64,000 nucleotides of DNA, from NCBI RefSeq assembly GCF_009914755.1, contig NC_060926.1; one strand, 5' to 3'. Made by a program: the position numbers and the translations under genes. Below are positions 25,291 through 39,674 of this stretch, piece by piece (the first letter of the stretch is position 1; every line of letters starts with the position of its first letter). The notes under the pieces are model-generated. The model saw nothing but the letters and a program-made list of their open reading frames with translations, searched no databases and was not told the DNA's origin. The DNA comes from the human T2T-CHM13v2.0 reference genome, Homo sapiens.

Positions 25291-25964
25291 CTGTCATTCA
25301 CATGTGTAATAGATACGAATTCGGAAAGATCCAGTGGAAAGAATACTGCAACAACTTCTCGCAATTACTTCGATAATTCGCAATTGCTCTATTAACATCG
25401 TATCAGGAATGGTGGGTCACTTTGGACTCTTGTGTAGATAAGATAGACTAAGGGTTAAAGGACGTTCAGCCTCCCACCCACCAAGAAACACACAGAAGAA
25501 AGAGTGAGAGGAAGAGCTGGAAGTGATTTTAAATACACTGTGATTGCTAAAGCAAGTCAATCATCTCCAAACTGTGGTCTGCTTCAATTACTAGTTAGAA
25601 ATGATTTGTGAAAGACCTCACAGAAGACTGCCCACACCACGATGCATTGAGAAATTGTTTTCTAGTACAGTGGTCTTTGAAAGCAATTGCTACCGTCCTC
25701 AGAAACTGTGCAGGATCATGTATAGGGATGAAGAAAAACACAAATTGGAGTGCTTTATTTGTACTTCTTTTCCAGCTTACAAAAAATAAAGATATTATGC
25801 TTCATTAACATTTAATGACTAGATTAACAATTGTACATGTGTATGATTTTTAAAATAATACATATATTAGGGATATCTGCTTAAAAGACTTAACAGATAG
25901 AATTGCCTGATGAGACTAGATTCCAAGCCTCTGTTCTAGAATACAGAGCAGATTCTATGCTATA

Positions 25965-26130
25965 CTGGAAGGGCAGTGGATGAAGAATCCGAAGAATGGC
26001 TTTCAATTCTGGTGAGCCTCCAGGTCAGCTGTGCAGTATTAGGTAACTTGATTTACCTTTCTGGTCCTTTGTTTTCTCACGCATAAATTGGTGGCTGAAC
26101 TAGATCATATTGGAGGTTTCTTTCAGGTCC
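25965..26130 (+). mobile_element. MIR
   Basis: GGTAACTTGATTTACCTTTCTGGTCCTTTGTTTTCTCAC...GCTGAACTAGATCAT. Confidence 0.55.
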
Positions 26131-26929
26131 AATAAATAATGCAATAGCCACTGCTTATTTGCACTCAGAGTGCCAGCTTGGAGGCACCAGTATAAATTCA
26201 GCTTCCACATCTGGGAGGGAGAGCGAATGAAGAGATAGGGCAAGACAGTGAGACTGGGGCCTGTGGAAACAGGGGAAGGCAAATTTCAACTAAGGATATT
26301 CACATTCAAAACATTTAAAACACCCAGTGGGTCAAACTGAATGGCCATTGGCCCCCTTATCTTGTTGCTTTGGGGATGGTCAGTGGTTTTGAAGTCACTG
26401 GTTACTCTGCTCCCGGACAGAGCTATTGTGAACTTTACAATGGGGAGAAGAGAAACAATTGTCTTCCAGGACAGCAAATTTTCAAACTCAAGTTTGAGGT
26501 AATTAAAAAAAAAAAAGCTTCTTTTTATATCATTATTTCAGTTAACAAACTTCTTTAACTGAGAGAGCATACCAATATTATAGCATTAATAAGATAATAT
26601 AATGTTTCATAAAACAGAAATCTCATTTCTAAACGTACCAAACAAACATCAAAATCACACAATCAAAAGTACAGGTTTCTGAGTCTACTTCCCAGAATAC
26701 AGATTCCATGTATTTGAAAAAAAGCCTGGAGTCTATATCTTTAACCAATGCATTCAACTAACTCAAAGGCTGTTCAGCCACAGACCAGTGGCTGCCAATC
26801 ATAGCTCTTAAGTCAGTGAAGGAATGACACACACACAATCCTTTTGTCAAAAATCAGTTTCTTTGAGCCAAAAAATAAGTTTTCTATTAATAAGCACAAT
26901 CTGCCTCACCCCCTCTATAGCTTTGGTCA

Positions 26930-27260
26930 TGCCTCATTCTACAAAATTTTGTTGTGCGTGAAGCTTTGGGTGTTGTTGAGCACACGCAGATGAAAGACGG
27001 TTCCTGTCTCCAGGGGCTTGTAGTAGCCAGATGTGTGAGAGCCGAGTTTGAGAGGCCATCTGCAATGCTCACCTGCACACTGAGAGCTGGCACTGGGGTG
27101 AGCAAGTCGCCAGCCCAGGAAGGCAGCCCCGGCTGGGGAGGCAGGAATAATGCCTGAGTCTTGAAGGTGCGTGGAAGGAAAAGGACAGAGGTGGGCTTTC
27201 CAGGCAGCTACTGGCAAGAAGTTGGAGACCTTGAACGTGGCCCTGGAACTGTACGTTGTT
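26930..27260 (-). mobile_element. L2 3' fragment
   Basis: AGATGAAAGACGGTTCCTGTCTCCAGGGGCTTGTAG resembles the L2 3' end. Confidence 0.45.
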
Positions 27261-28782
27261 TGCTCTTCCTGGGCCGCAGAGCGGGAGAATAGCAAGGCAC
27301 CATGCAGATAGCCAGGACATATGTGCTGGTTGCATCCTTGGTCTTGTTCTGACACAGGACACTTGTGTAGAGTTGGATCCCTGTTTTTTAAGTCTCTTCT
27401 TTTAACTGGCCCCTGTGATCAGACCTGAGACCCATGTTTTACAGATGTGGTCTGAGAGTTGGGGCAAACCAAGTCATATGAAATGCACACCTGGATTTTT
27501 CCATTGCTGGCTCACTGACTAATAGTGCTGTATTGGGGGGAAAGCTGAGAAAATAAAGAAAAATGGGAAACCCCAGAGGCCTGTGAATAATCTGAGCAAA
27601 CCTGAAGGTTGAATAAACCTCTGATACAGAAACGGACCTCTCAGTCCATTTTCTCATCTGCAAAGTGGGGCAATCACGCTGCATACGCCAGACACTGACA
27701 CCATAAGGCACAGCCACAAACACGATTGCAGTTTCTTAATAATGGCCAGCTATTCATGTCACTCAAGCTTTGTGTGTTTGGAATTTTCCCCACCTGTGAA
27801 ATAGGGATCATCATCCTTGTCTCACAGGGCTGTTCTGTCGCATAATTAATTAATATTTGTAAAGCTTTTTGAGACCTCCTGACTTACATTAACTCTATGA
27901 AAACTGGCGAAGCATGTTACGAAGCCCTAGAACTAAGGACTAAAGGAAAGGGGAGAAATGGAGCCATTCATTTTGGGACAGACAACGTGTTTCATGCTTT
28001 AACACGCAAAGTGAAGCAGAAGCTGAAGATGGTTCTGCAAGAGATGGCAAAGAAGACAATGAAAAGGACGCTTGCCACATAGTTGTAGGGAGCAGATTAA
28101 AAACAAACAAAAAAACTAGCCCCTCTATAATTATATCAATTCTGGGGGATTATTTCTTCCAGATTGTTGATGGAAGGCTTCTCAGAATTGGAATGTCAAT
28201 ACAGGCACGTCAAAGAGGTAGGAAGAACAGGAGGAGGTGATATTGTACATCAAAATGATTTATCATGCTAATGAGATACAATTTGTCAGTGACAGTGGTG
28301 TTTATACACTTCAGACAAAAAGAAGAATGAAAAACACAAGTGCACTTCCCACACGAGACTGTCACCTATTGACTTGGAGTACACACAAACATACACCCAA
28401 CAAGAACAGAAGGTGACTTCAGAAGAACCAAAGCCCAGAACATGCATGTTGAAGGCCAAGGTCAATAGGAAATTATGTAAAATGGAAAAACATGCAAGGA
28501 ATTGGCCAGGCACAGAGAACAGAGTTAACTCCGTCACACAGGAACCCAGATGAGTGACGTCATCAAGACCCTTTCCGTATGGCTCCATTGCTGGGGTGGT
28601 TCCACGTGGACACTCAGTTGCTCAGCTGGCACAGACAGTAGCTGGGGAGGGTAAGAAACAGGACACCACAAAGAAATACGGGAGGCCACAGAAGTATCTT
28701 CCTGCTGATAGGAGCCACCATTTCCCCAATCAAATTCCACTGACACAATTACTCTTTAGGGCAGCTCCATTAGAAGGTTTAT

Positions 28783-29166
28783 TCATCAAGGTTCTCCAAA
28801 AAAATAGAATCCATGGGATGTGCATGCATTAGAAAGAGATTTCATTTAAGGAATTGGTTCACTTGGTTGTGGAGGCTTGGTAAGCAAGTCCAAAATTGGA
28901 TGGGGGAGAAGTCCAGGGTGGGGACAGGGGAAAGAGGGGCAGTTTGAGTCTGAACACCATTTGCTGTGGGACCAGGAGGAGCTGAGCTTGCAGATGAAGT
29001 CCAAAGACAGGCTGCTAGAAGGATCTTCTCTTCCTTAGGGGAGCCAGTCTAATCTGCTTTACTCAAAGTCCACCTATTTAAATGTGGGTTTCATCTCAAA
29101 CACTATTATAGACACATTTAGAATAATGTTTGACCAGCCAAGGTGACGCATAAAATAAACCATCAC
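28783..29166 (-). mobile_element. ERVL MLT2-type solo LTR
   Basis: AGGTTCTCCAAAAAAATAGAATC...AAAGAGATTTCATTTAAGGAATTGGTTCAC...CATAAAATAAACCATCAC. Confidence 0.7.
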
Positions 29167-29202
29167 CTGAGGTGAGAGACCTGTTATTAAAAGAGGGATA
29201 CC

Positions 29203-29500
29203 GGCCAGGCACATTTTGGGAGGCTGAGACAGGAGAATTGCTTGAGCCCAGGAGTTCAGGACCAGCCTGGGCAACATAATGAGACCTCTTCTTTACAAAT
29301 AATTTAAAAATTAGCCAGACTTGGTGGCCCATGCCTGTAATCCCAGCTACCCAGGAGGCCGAAGCAGAAAGATCATTTGAGGCCAGGAGGTTGAGGCTGC
29401 AGTGAGCCCTGATCACGCCACTGCACTCCAGCCTGGGTGACAGCGTGAGACCCAAGACCCTATCATAAAAAGAGAGAGAGAAAGAAAGAAAAAGAAAGAG
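29203..29500 (+). mobile_element. AluJ-like, with a short deletion near the 5' end
   Basis: TTGCTTGAGCCCAGGAGTTC...CCTGGGCAACATA...GGTTGAGGCTGCAGTGAGC; GA-rich tail. Confidence 0.9.
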
Positions 29501-30087
29501 ACTTTGCTGAATCTCCTTCTTCAAAACAAACTAACAAAGAAACCAGCCCTCAGTAAAGTCTAATAAAAAAAGAAAGATATAAATGTGAAAAGGATCTATC
29601 CCTAGAAAATTTGGAATTCTGCCTGAAAGAGGAGGTGATGTGATATAAATATTTCCAAATCTTTTTGGACCTGTTGTAGCCACTTGGGGAGCAGTATGTA
29701 TGATACTCCCTAACCTGGCATTCAAGCTTCTGCTACCTGGTACCAAATCATTTCCCCAAAGTCAACTTGTTTTTACTGTCATTTTGGGAAAGCACTCATT
29801 CTGTGACATCTGTCTGTATTTATTGCCCCTTGCAATATAATCCCCTGCTTCTTTTTTGCCCCTTTTTCTTTATGCATCTCTTCAGGGCCTGGGCAGGTAG
29901 GATGCTGTTGTAGAAAGAAGCCTGACAGGGAAACAATAATGATGACACTTACTGGGTGTCAGGCATCACTCTTTGTGGGTTCACATTAAATAGCTTGTTT
30001 AGTGTTTACTGCAATCCAGCAAAGAAGGAGTTGTTATTCTTCCAATTTTGCAGAGAAGGACTCAATAATTTGCTGGAGGTCCCAAAG

Positions 30088-30490
30088 TGTATAAGTCCAT
30101 TCTCTCACTGCTGTAAAGAAATACCTGAGACTGGGTAATTTATAAAGAAGAGAGGTTTAATTGACTCATGGTTCTGCAGCTTGTACAGGAAGCATGACAG
30201 CATCAGCTTCTGGGGCGGCCTCAGGGAGCTTTTACTCATGGCAGAAGGCCAAGTGGGAACAGGTGTCTTCACACAGCCAAAGCAAGAGGACGAGAGAGAG
30301 AGAGAGAGGAGGGGGCACATGTTTTTAAAATGACCAGATCTCACGAGCACTCAGTTACTTCACAAGAACAGTATCAGTAGTGAAATTTGCCCCCATGAGC
30401 CAATCACCTCCCACCTGGCCTCACCTCCAACACTGAGGATTATAATTCAACCTGAGATTTGGGTGGTGACACAGATTAGACAATATCCCA
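30088..30490 (-). mobile_element. MSTA-like MaLR solo LTR inserted in a MIR (MIR ~29935-30087 and 30490-30560)
   Basis: TGTATAAGTCCATTCTC...AAGAAATACCTGAGACTGGGTAATTTATAAAG...GAGATTTGGGTGGTGACACAG. Confidence 0.85.
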
Positions 30491-33244
30491 CAGCTAGTCA
30501 ATGGCAGAGCTGGGGATTGGACCTAGGCAGTCTGGCTTCTGCAGACTTACTTAGAGTCCAACTTTCTCCCTAACATGAACTAATGCTATTCCGTGACTTT
30601 GGACAGAATTAATTCTGCAATTCTATAGTTTGGAGAGTTGGACTGTAGAAGATTCTAAATCCCATATTTTTCTGAAGCTATCTGTGGTGGATATTGTGAC
30701 CACAAGCTGAACATCTACTCCCCTCCACTAAGTAATTCCAACCACTAACCTCTCCACCTTCTTTCTACACACCTTGCGAGGCAGTGGTATTTGACCTTTG
30801 CCAGAATTATTAGTATAACACCATCCACTGTCTACAGCATTGGTCAGAACTAGGCAGGCAACGTGATTCGGGCCAAGGAGGGAAGCTTGCTCACCCCTTC
30901 TGGATGGTAAAGTGGGAATTTTTGAAGCCTGGAGTGGCTGCATCCATTTGGCTATCAGAGGGAAGCCAGATTGAAGTGAATCTAATGCCCTAAGTGGCAA
31001 ACAAGAAAAACCAGATGAGTGTTGACATCATTAGGCCTCCAGGGCAAAGGAAACTGAAGCCACCTACTTCTAAACTTCTTGGGTAAGCCTGTATGTCCCA
31101 GCTCTTGGCTCAGCCAGTTTGAGTTGGGCTTGCTATTGAGAGAATTCCAGTAAATCCTAATCACTCAACCTGTGGTGATCTCTACTTTTTCTTAGAGCCT
31201 TATTAACTATTTAACCCATCATTAATTTTGTATAATCGTATACTGCCATTTACCATGGATGGTGGTATTTACCACTAGGTGTTTCATATCAGAATCATGC
31301 CTTATTCTGTCATGTAAATTATAAACTAAGATTCTTTATTTCTTCCAAGAATCTATAATAGTAGTTACTTATTAATTGTTGTAAGAATGAGTTTTGGAGA
31401 CCACCGAATATAATCAAACCATCTTTTCCTAAATAAATCTAGGGTAGCAAGTAAGATCAATGGGGTAGCATTGGTTTTAATGTGTGCGATTTTAAAATTC
31501 AGGTAATTCTATCCAACCTTAAGGACCGGATGGGGATAGAAATGTCACTGGTTGTTAAAACAGAATCTTACAATTAGACAATAGTCTCAAGCTTGGGCCT
31601 GAGTTATTTGGGCCAGTTATACCAATAACAATAAAAGTTACAATATCCTAAATATCTTCAATGTACCAAACATATACATATACAAATACAGTGTACCAAA
31701 CATGTACATATATATGTATATATTCTCTCTGTAGCTATTTTCCTATCTTTGCAAAACTGGTATTACTTACTTTTATGAGCAAGCCGCATAGCCTGACTAG
31801 CCCATGGCAGTACAGATAATTACATGGCAGAACCAATACCCAAACCTACAACCTCTCAGTTCTACAACATGTGTTTCATCTACTAGACCACACCAGCACT
31901 GCACATGCCCTAATTGATAATCTACCTGTTGTGATGATATTACTTCCTTCTTTAAAACTTTCTATGGCTGTGATTTGGGAGGGCATTTGTATTTTCAGGT
32001 TCTTAAACAAGTATTTGTGGCATGAATGGATGAGCTGAGAAGTACCATATTTTGCCTTTCGTTTACATGAAAGTAAATGCCCCCAGAAAGAGATTTTGAG
32101 GTTTGTTTTTCTTCGGAGAGAAGCTGCTATTGCAAGATTTACCTAACAACTGCTAAAAGATGCATGCCTTCCAGAATGTGTGTATGATGCTGACAGCTGT
32201 CTACTTCAGCACTTCATTTTCCAGGAAGGAACAACCAAGAACTTTTAGAGAAAATATTGGGAAATCCAGATTGGACCCTCATTTCTATTTTCAAACACTA
32301 AATATCTAGAATGACAGCTCCACTATTTCTAACTGGTCTACCCTTGAAAACCCCAAACAGAAAAAAGTTTGGCAGTTTTTTAAATAGTAGTTTAAGTTTT
32401 ATATATATTATATCATATATATATATAAATATATATTTTATATATATATTTTTTCCCCTGAGAGGTAAGGTTTCAAATAGTCTAAGAAAGCAAAACAATT
32501 ATAGCCCTATTGCAGTGATGGATTGTGGTTCTATTAGCTCTGGGGTTTTGTTGGTGGTCATGGTGGTGATTTTTCTTTTTGTTTGTAAAGGCTTCTAATA
32601 TTATATGTAATGGATTTTAGTAGTTAATTTTTTAAAAAAATATGCAAAAAAAATGTGTTGTATTTCCTAAATAGAGAACTATTAATATATTAACATAGCT
32701 ATAAATTTACTGTACCATAGATAGAAAAGTAATATTGAATACATTATGTAGGTAAATAACAAAGCAAGACAATATGATGGCTTACAATAGAAAAGTAAAA
32801 ATACTAATGGTTATGCACATAATTCTATTTGAACTTCTCTAATTGTTCCACAAAGAAGTCATAGGAAACAGCAGACACAGCATTGAGTAATGGCTGGATA
32901 CTTAATGTGACTCTTGCTACTTTTGATATATTTGGCTTTCCCATTAGTGAGATTCAACAAATGCTAATAAAATATTTATTAGCTATTACTTTTCCTGACC
33001 TATTAGTGGAGTTCACTAATGGACTCAGGCTTCCTAATTGGAGAGCTGTATATCTCTCTAGCATCTAAGCCAGTACCACTTGTGCATGGGGTGTCTGCAA
33101 TATTTTCTGAACTACAAGTTCATATGAGTTTCCAGGTCACATTTGGTACTGAACTGAATGCTGTCATGAAGCCCACTCACCTCGTCACTCCAGTGGCAAG
33201 AAGTAGAAATCAATTCTGGTTAACGAATGGAAAACAAAAGTTAT

Positions 33245-33530
<286 letters not shown>

Positions 33531-34059
33531 TATTGAACAATAGAAACTTTAGGAAGTCTGCAGATCCTGGTATGGAAACAAGGAGGAGTCCAGATACAGC
33601 CACCACCGCTCCAGAAAATCCTGCCACAAAAGCAGTTCTATGGGCCACCCTGGCTGCTGTGACAGTCACCAGTGCCACAGCTGGAACCCTCTGTGTCAGG
33701 ACTAGATACAGACCCTTACCTAGTCCTTGCAGCTGTCACTACCTTGGAAATGTGGTGTCACTGCACCACCCACCACCATGGAATTCCTCCACAGGTCTGA
33801 TCCACATTCAGAATAAGTGCAACCGATTGGCTGGGAACCTGGTCTTTTTTTCAGCTTCTAATAGTGATAGGCGGGCTTTTCCCTCCTCCTTCAACGCTAC
33901 CCCCACCCAATACTTACAAGGTAGGGAATTTCCTAAAGCTAGGAAGAGGATTTTAATGCAAGAGGATTATAATGCTGGGAGAAATAAAAAACAAATAGAC
34001 AAATGTTGTATGTATATGTTTGTACCTGTGTGTATGTGCACATATATGAACTCACACAT

Positions 34060-34203
34060 TCACGTGATCACACATATATAATTTATGCTATCAAAATATA
34101 TATATTATTTATATGTAATTTATGCTATCATATATTTTATATATTATACATACCATATGTATATTATATATGTAATATATATCTCATATATATATATATA
34201 TAT
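34060..34203. repeat. (TA)-rich low-complexity tract (a similar one is at 32400-32450)
   Basis: Direct reading. Confidence 0.85.
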
Positions 34204-34864
34204 TTCCCAGGCTTCTGAATCAGTTTTATTTTGTATTTTTAAAAAAACACAGAAGCTCTGCTTTCCAGATGGTCTAGTAAAGTTTAACACCAGAAATCTC
34301 TTATGAAACTCTTGTATTATTTGAGGTACCTTTGAAGGAAGAAAATACAACTAAAGAAAATTTATGTTGTTATTTTTTATATACATACATTATAGAGTAT
34401 TTCAGAATACGGGAAATAATAACACAGAAAATAAAAAGTTCACGCAATTACATCCTCAGCATCAACCTTGGTTAAAGATTGATACAGTTCTTGTTCCTTC
34501 TCTAAACACATGCAAACATGCACACCTATATAAGCAGTATTTTTAAAAATTTGCAGCATGCTAAATATGCTTTGGCATCCCTTCTTTAGTCACTCGCTAT
34601 TATACAGTAGGCTTTTGATATTACTATTTTTTCTTCAAAAATAATCTCAAAAGATTAATGTAATATGTTTACACTATCATGTAATTAATCTTTCCCCTGT
34701 TACTAGGCATGTAACATAGTTTTTGCAGATGGGTGTTTTTTAATGGAATTCAACCAGAATGTCTTTGTGTTGTTAAGCATAAGAATATCTGCACCTACCA
34801 GCCCTAGAAAGTACCTGTATTCCTGTATTCCTGGCCAATGAGAGCAGGGCTTGCTTTAGCTACC

Positions 34865-35169
34865 TTTTTTTTTTTTTTTTTTTTTTTGAGAGAGAGTCTC
34901 CCTTTGTCACCCATGCTGGAGCGCAATGACACAATCTTGGCTCACTGAAACCTCTGTCTCCCTGGTTTAAACAATTCTCCTGCCTCAGCCTCCCAAATAG
35001 CTGGGATTACAGGTGCCTGCCACCATGTCCAGCTAATCTTTGTATTTTTAGTAAAGACAGGGTTTCATCGTGTTGGCCAAGCTGGTCTCAAACTCCTGAC
35101 CTCAGGTGATCCATTCATCTTGGCCTCCCAAAGTGCTGGGACTACAGGCGTGAGCCGCCACACCCAGCC
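34865..35169 (-). mobile_element. AluS-like
   Basis: Poly-T followed by a full reverse-complement Alu dimer. Confidence 0.93.
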
Positions 35170-35291
35170 TACTTTTGCTAGATCTTATACTGTTGTGCTT
35201 GAGCCACAGGCATTTAGGTCAACGTAAATTGATTAAATTATTTTTTAGCCTGTTAACACAATCAGGAGGAATACAGAAATAAAACAAATGA

Positions 35292-35798
<507 letters not shown>

Positions 35799-36429
35799 TA
35801 AACCCTAGTTCTGCCCGATAGCCCCCTGATAAGTCCCTACATGACTCTGAGTCTTTGTGAAACACTTTAGAAAGCAGGCGCTGAGGAAGACCACAGTCTC
35901 TGGGTCTGCGATTCCCATGCGCAGAGCCGCTGGGGCAGGAGGGCCACCAGCGCTCCTTCCTGGGAGCCAGTTTGGGCCACTGCCCCCAAGACCTTCAAGC
36001 TGCTTTGTCAGGGCACGTCAGTGTGTGAGGAGTCAAAAACCGTGAATTTCACCCTTGCAGACAAAATAAATAATTGGCTGGACACCTTTTAGTGGAAAAC
36101 ATGTGTTTTCAATGTTTCCAGGGAACGAAGTGCTTACAAGCAGCAAACAAGCTGGAAGGTGGGTTTATATTGACAAGTTCTCCCACCAACATGGCGCTTC
36201 TCGGGAAGTTCCTTCTGAGACCTCAACTGTGGAAGAACAACCTAGACCTTGGAAGAGGATGCTGCTTTCCCGCCTTCCTCACTTGCACAAGCCTCTGGCT
36301 AGTTGAAACAGACAAAGCAGTCTGTCCCTCATAACCTCATTAATATGACCTGTAGGAGACCTCCTCCGTGTCTCCTGAATGATATATTTACTCTGATCTT
36401 AGAAGAGACCTACCCATCCTCCCTGTGTC

Positions 36430-37220
36430 CTTCAGGCAGAGCATTTTTACTGTGCACCTCTTTGTGACGAGATCATCACAAGATTCTGGGGAAACAACAG
36501 TGAGCACAATGGACAAAGCCCTTCTTTTGGAACTGGCTTAAGAGACACTCAATGAACAAGGAAATGTGTATCTATTGGTGTAAAAACTGTACGTTTGGAT
36601 GGGGTATAGAGAAGGTTTGTGTGGGAAGGATAAACTCACATAGAATGGGCAGAGAAGGTCCCTATGCCCAGATGTCATGTGGGCAGAGCAGGAATGAAGG
36701 ATGGGTCCAAGCCATGGAAATAGTTGGCCAGAACCAGGAAGAAGAACAGCAGGTGCAAAGGTCCTGGGGCGGGGGTGCACATGGCACAGATGAGCAGCAG
36801 CAAGGGAGGTGCTGCCGCACGACGTAGCAAGACAGGAGATGGGATGTGGCTCCTGGGGAAGAAGAAGGACAGTGAAGAAGGCGGTTGAGCAAGGAGCTAG
36901 AAAAACTAACGCGGACATGAGGACGAAGCAAAGATAGTCATTTTAGGACATTTGGTCTAAGCCAGAACTGTCTCTCACACCTCAAGGCCATCTGCAGGGA
37001 TTTCACTATATACAGTATGATAGTTGATGCTTATATGATCACCCCAAGTTGTTAACATGAGTTTATGTTTATATTCAGCATTCCATTTATTTTAATTCCA
37101 AACACCTTTATTGAGCCCTTAGTACATGGGAGACCTTATGTCAGACAGTGGGAATGGAAAGATGAGAAATTTAGCGTCATCAACCTTCCAGAGTTCATAA
37201 TCTAGCTAGAGAGAAATATG
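36430..37220 (-). mobile_element. L2 fragments
   Basis: CTGGGGAAACAACAGTGAGCACAATGGACAAAGCCC..., GAACAGCAGGTGCAAAGGTCCTGGGG, ACACCTTTATTGAGCCC. Confidence 0.6.
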
Positions 37221-37469
37221 CATAGCTATGTACCCTGATTATGAAAACAAGAAAATGCTTCGTGTATTTAAAAAGCTCTCTATCTAAAATAATTTCACTT
37301 ACATTTAAATAACTTAATACTAAAAGGGGAATCTCGAGTTGCTGAAAATTCACTGATATGGAAATCTTCAAACCCAACTATGCCAGGAAAAAACACAGAC
37401 TTGTGTATACATACCCACAGTTCTGTGCATAAACCGCTGAATGTGACATTAAAGTCACATCTGAATAAT

Positions 37470-37911
37470 AGCTCCAAACTGATCAAATTCATATGTTGAA
37501 ATCTTAACCCAAAGTAACTTAGAACATGACCTTATCTGGAAATAGGGTCATTACAGATGTGACTATTATGACGTCATAAAGGAGTAGGATGGGCCCTAAT
37601 GTAATATGGCTGGTGTCCTTATATAATAAAAGGAGACATTTAGACATAGAGGCACAACCCAGGAAGAGCACCATGTGAAGATGAAGGCAGAGATGGGCTT
37701 GAAGCATCTATCTACAAGCCAAGGAGCCCCAAAGGCTGCAAGCCAGGAGCAAAGCCTGGAACAGAGTCTCTGTTACAGTTTCAGAAAGAATCAATCCTGC
37801 CAACACCTTGATCTCAAATTCCCAGCCTCCAGATCTTCAAAATAATACATTTCTGTTGGTTAAGCCACTCCTTTTGGGGTACTTGTTACAGCAGCCATAG
37901 AGAACTCATAC
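37470..37911 (+). mobile_element. MLT1C-like MaLR solo LTR
   Basis: ATTCATATGTTGAAATCTTAACCC...GACCTTATCTGGAAATAGGGTC...TTGTTACAGCAGCCATAGAGAACTCATACA. Confidence 0.85.
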
Positions 37912-39365
37912 AGCATGTTTACCAGCTCTCGGTTCCTTTGCAGACATAAAGGCACCCTCCCAATTAAGTACCTCCAACTGCACACCTCCTTTTTCTCCAA
38001 ATTCCGACAGAAATGACAGTATGTACTTAGGGTATCCATCCATAAGGGTGGAACACTGAGAGACAAAGCATTAGGGGGTTGGAGATTTTGTCACATTTTT
38101 AGACAACCAAAAAGGAACTACTGAGAGCCTAAGCCGCTTAGGGAGAGCTCACCCCAGAACCCCAGGAAAGAAGGCTGCTGTACAAGTGCTGCCTCATCAA
38201 GCACAGCACGGATATTTTCCTGAGAACAGCTTCTCAGCTTGGAAAAGTTTAAAAAGTCTGCTATGCAGTGATGAGTCATGTGCAAATGATATCAAACAGT
38301 TGGGCTTGTCATATCCAGGAACTGGTTTAAGACATAGAGACTGAATGACAACTCAAACCAGTGTCAGAAATATACCCTTTCTGCCACTCCCAGTGCATTT
38401 TCCCCCAAGACAATGTCTATCCGTAGTGACAGCTGGAGTGTCTGAGGGAGCGATTTGTATACCCGGCGGAGATGGAGGAGTGCAGTGCAGGGAGATGGAG
38501 GTGGCTGGGTGAGGGATCGTGTGGCTGCCTTCACCTCGGCAGCCTGGCACAGGGAGTATGTGAAAAAACTTGACAACATCCACAGGAGAAGCAGGAGCTG
38601 CACCATAAATAAATTATTTCACAAAGTGAAGAAGTGGTCACAGGAGCAGCATGGCTTATGATACAATATTTACCTTCTTACCTGTGTCAACATGCCAGAG
38701 TTGCTTCCTCCCTTGTGAAAACCACGACAGCCCCCCCTTAAAAAAATAGCATACTATTCTAAAGTAAATGTATTTTAAACTTTTTTTTCTAAAATATTAA
38801 GTGAAACAAAAAGCTGTCAGTTTCTTTTGGATGTTAGTTTTCTAATCTGCAGCACAGAGTTTGCAGGAAGAAAGTCCACGAAGCTGGGGCTTTCTAAATG
38901 TCTTCCACATGGGAAAGTTACCTGAACCAGTCAGGACGCACTAGGTTGTTCTTGATGATGGAGAAGTAAACTCCAGGAAACAAATACCACCCCTGAATTC
39001 CCAATGGCCGAAAACCACAAAGGTGGATTTATCGCTCATGTCTCCCGTCTGTCATCAGTCAGGGACATGATTCCACACATCTCTCTAAGGCCCAGCCTAC
39101 TCTTTGAAGAGGCAGAGGAAGAGTTGTAGAAAGTCTGGAATCAGCAACAAGGGTACTGGCTTAGAAATTATGTCATGTCTTCTCACAGCCATGGGCTCAA
39201 ACCTGTTACATGGCCCCCCCACAGCCACAGTCGTCCAGGAAGTATGACTCTATGGGCAGAAAGTGAAAAGCTGCACATATTTACAGAAAAGCATTCAGGA
39301 TTAATACATTGTTTAGGTAATGTCTATTCTATAAAGTGAAAAATTGCAATTAACAAATGCATTAT

Positions 39366-39674
<309 letters not shown>

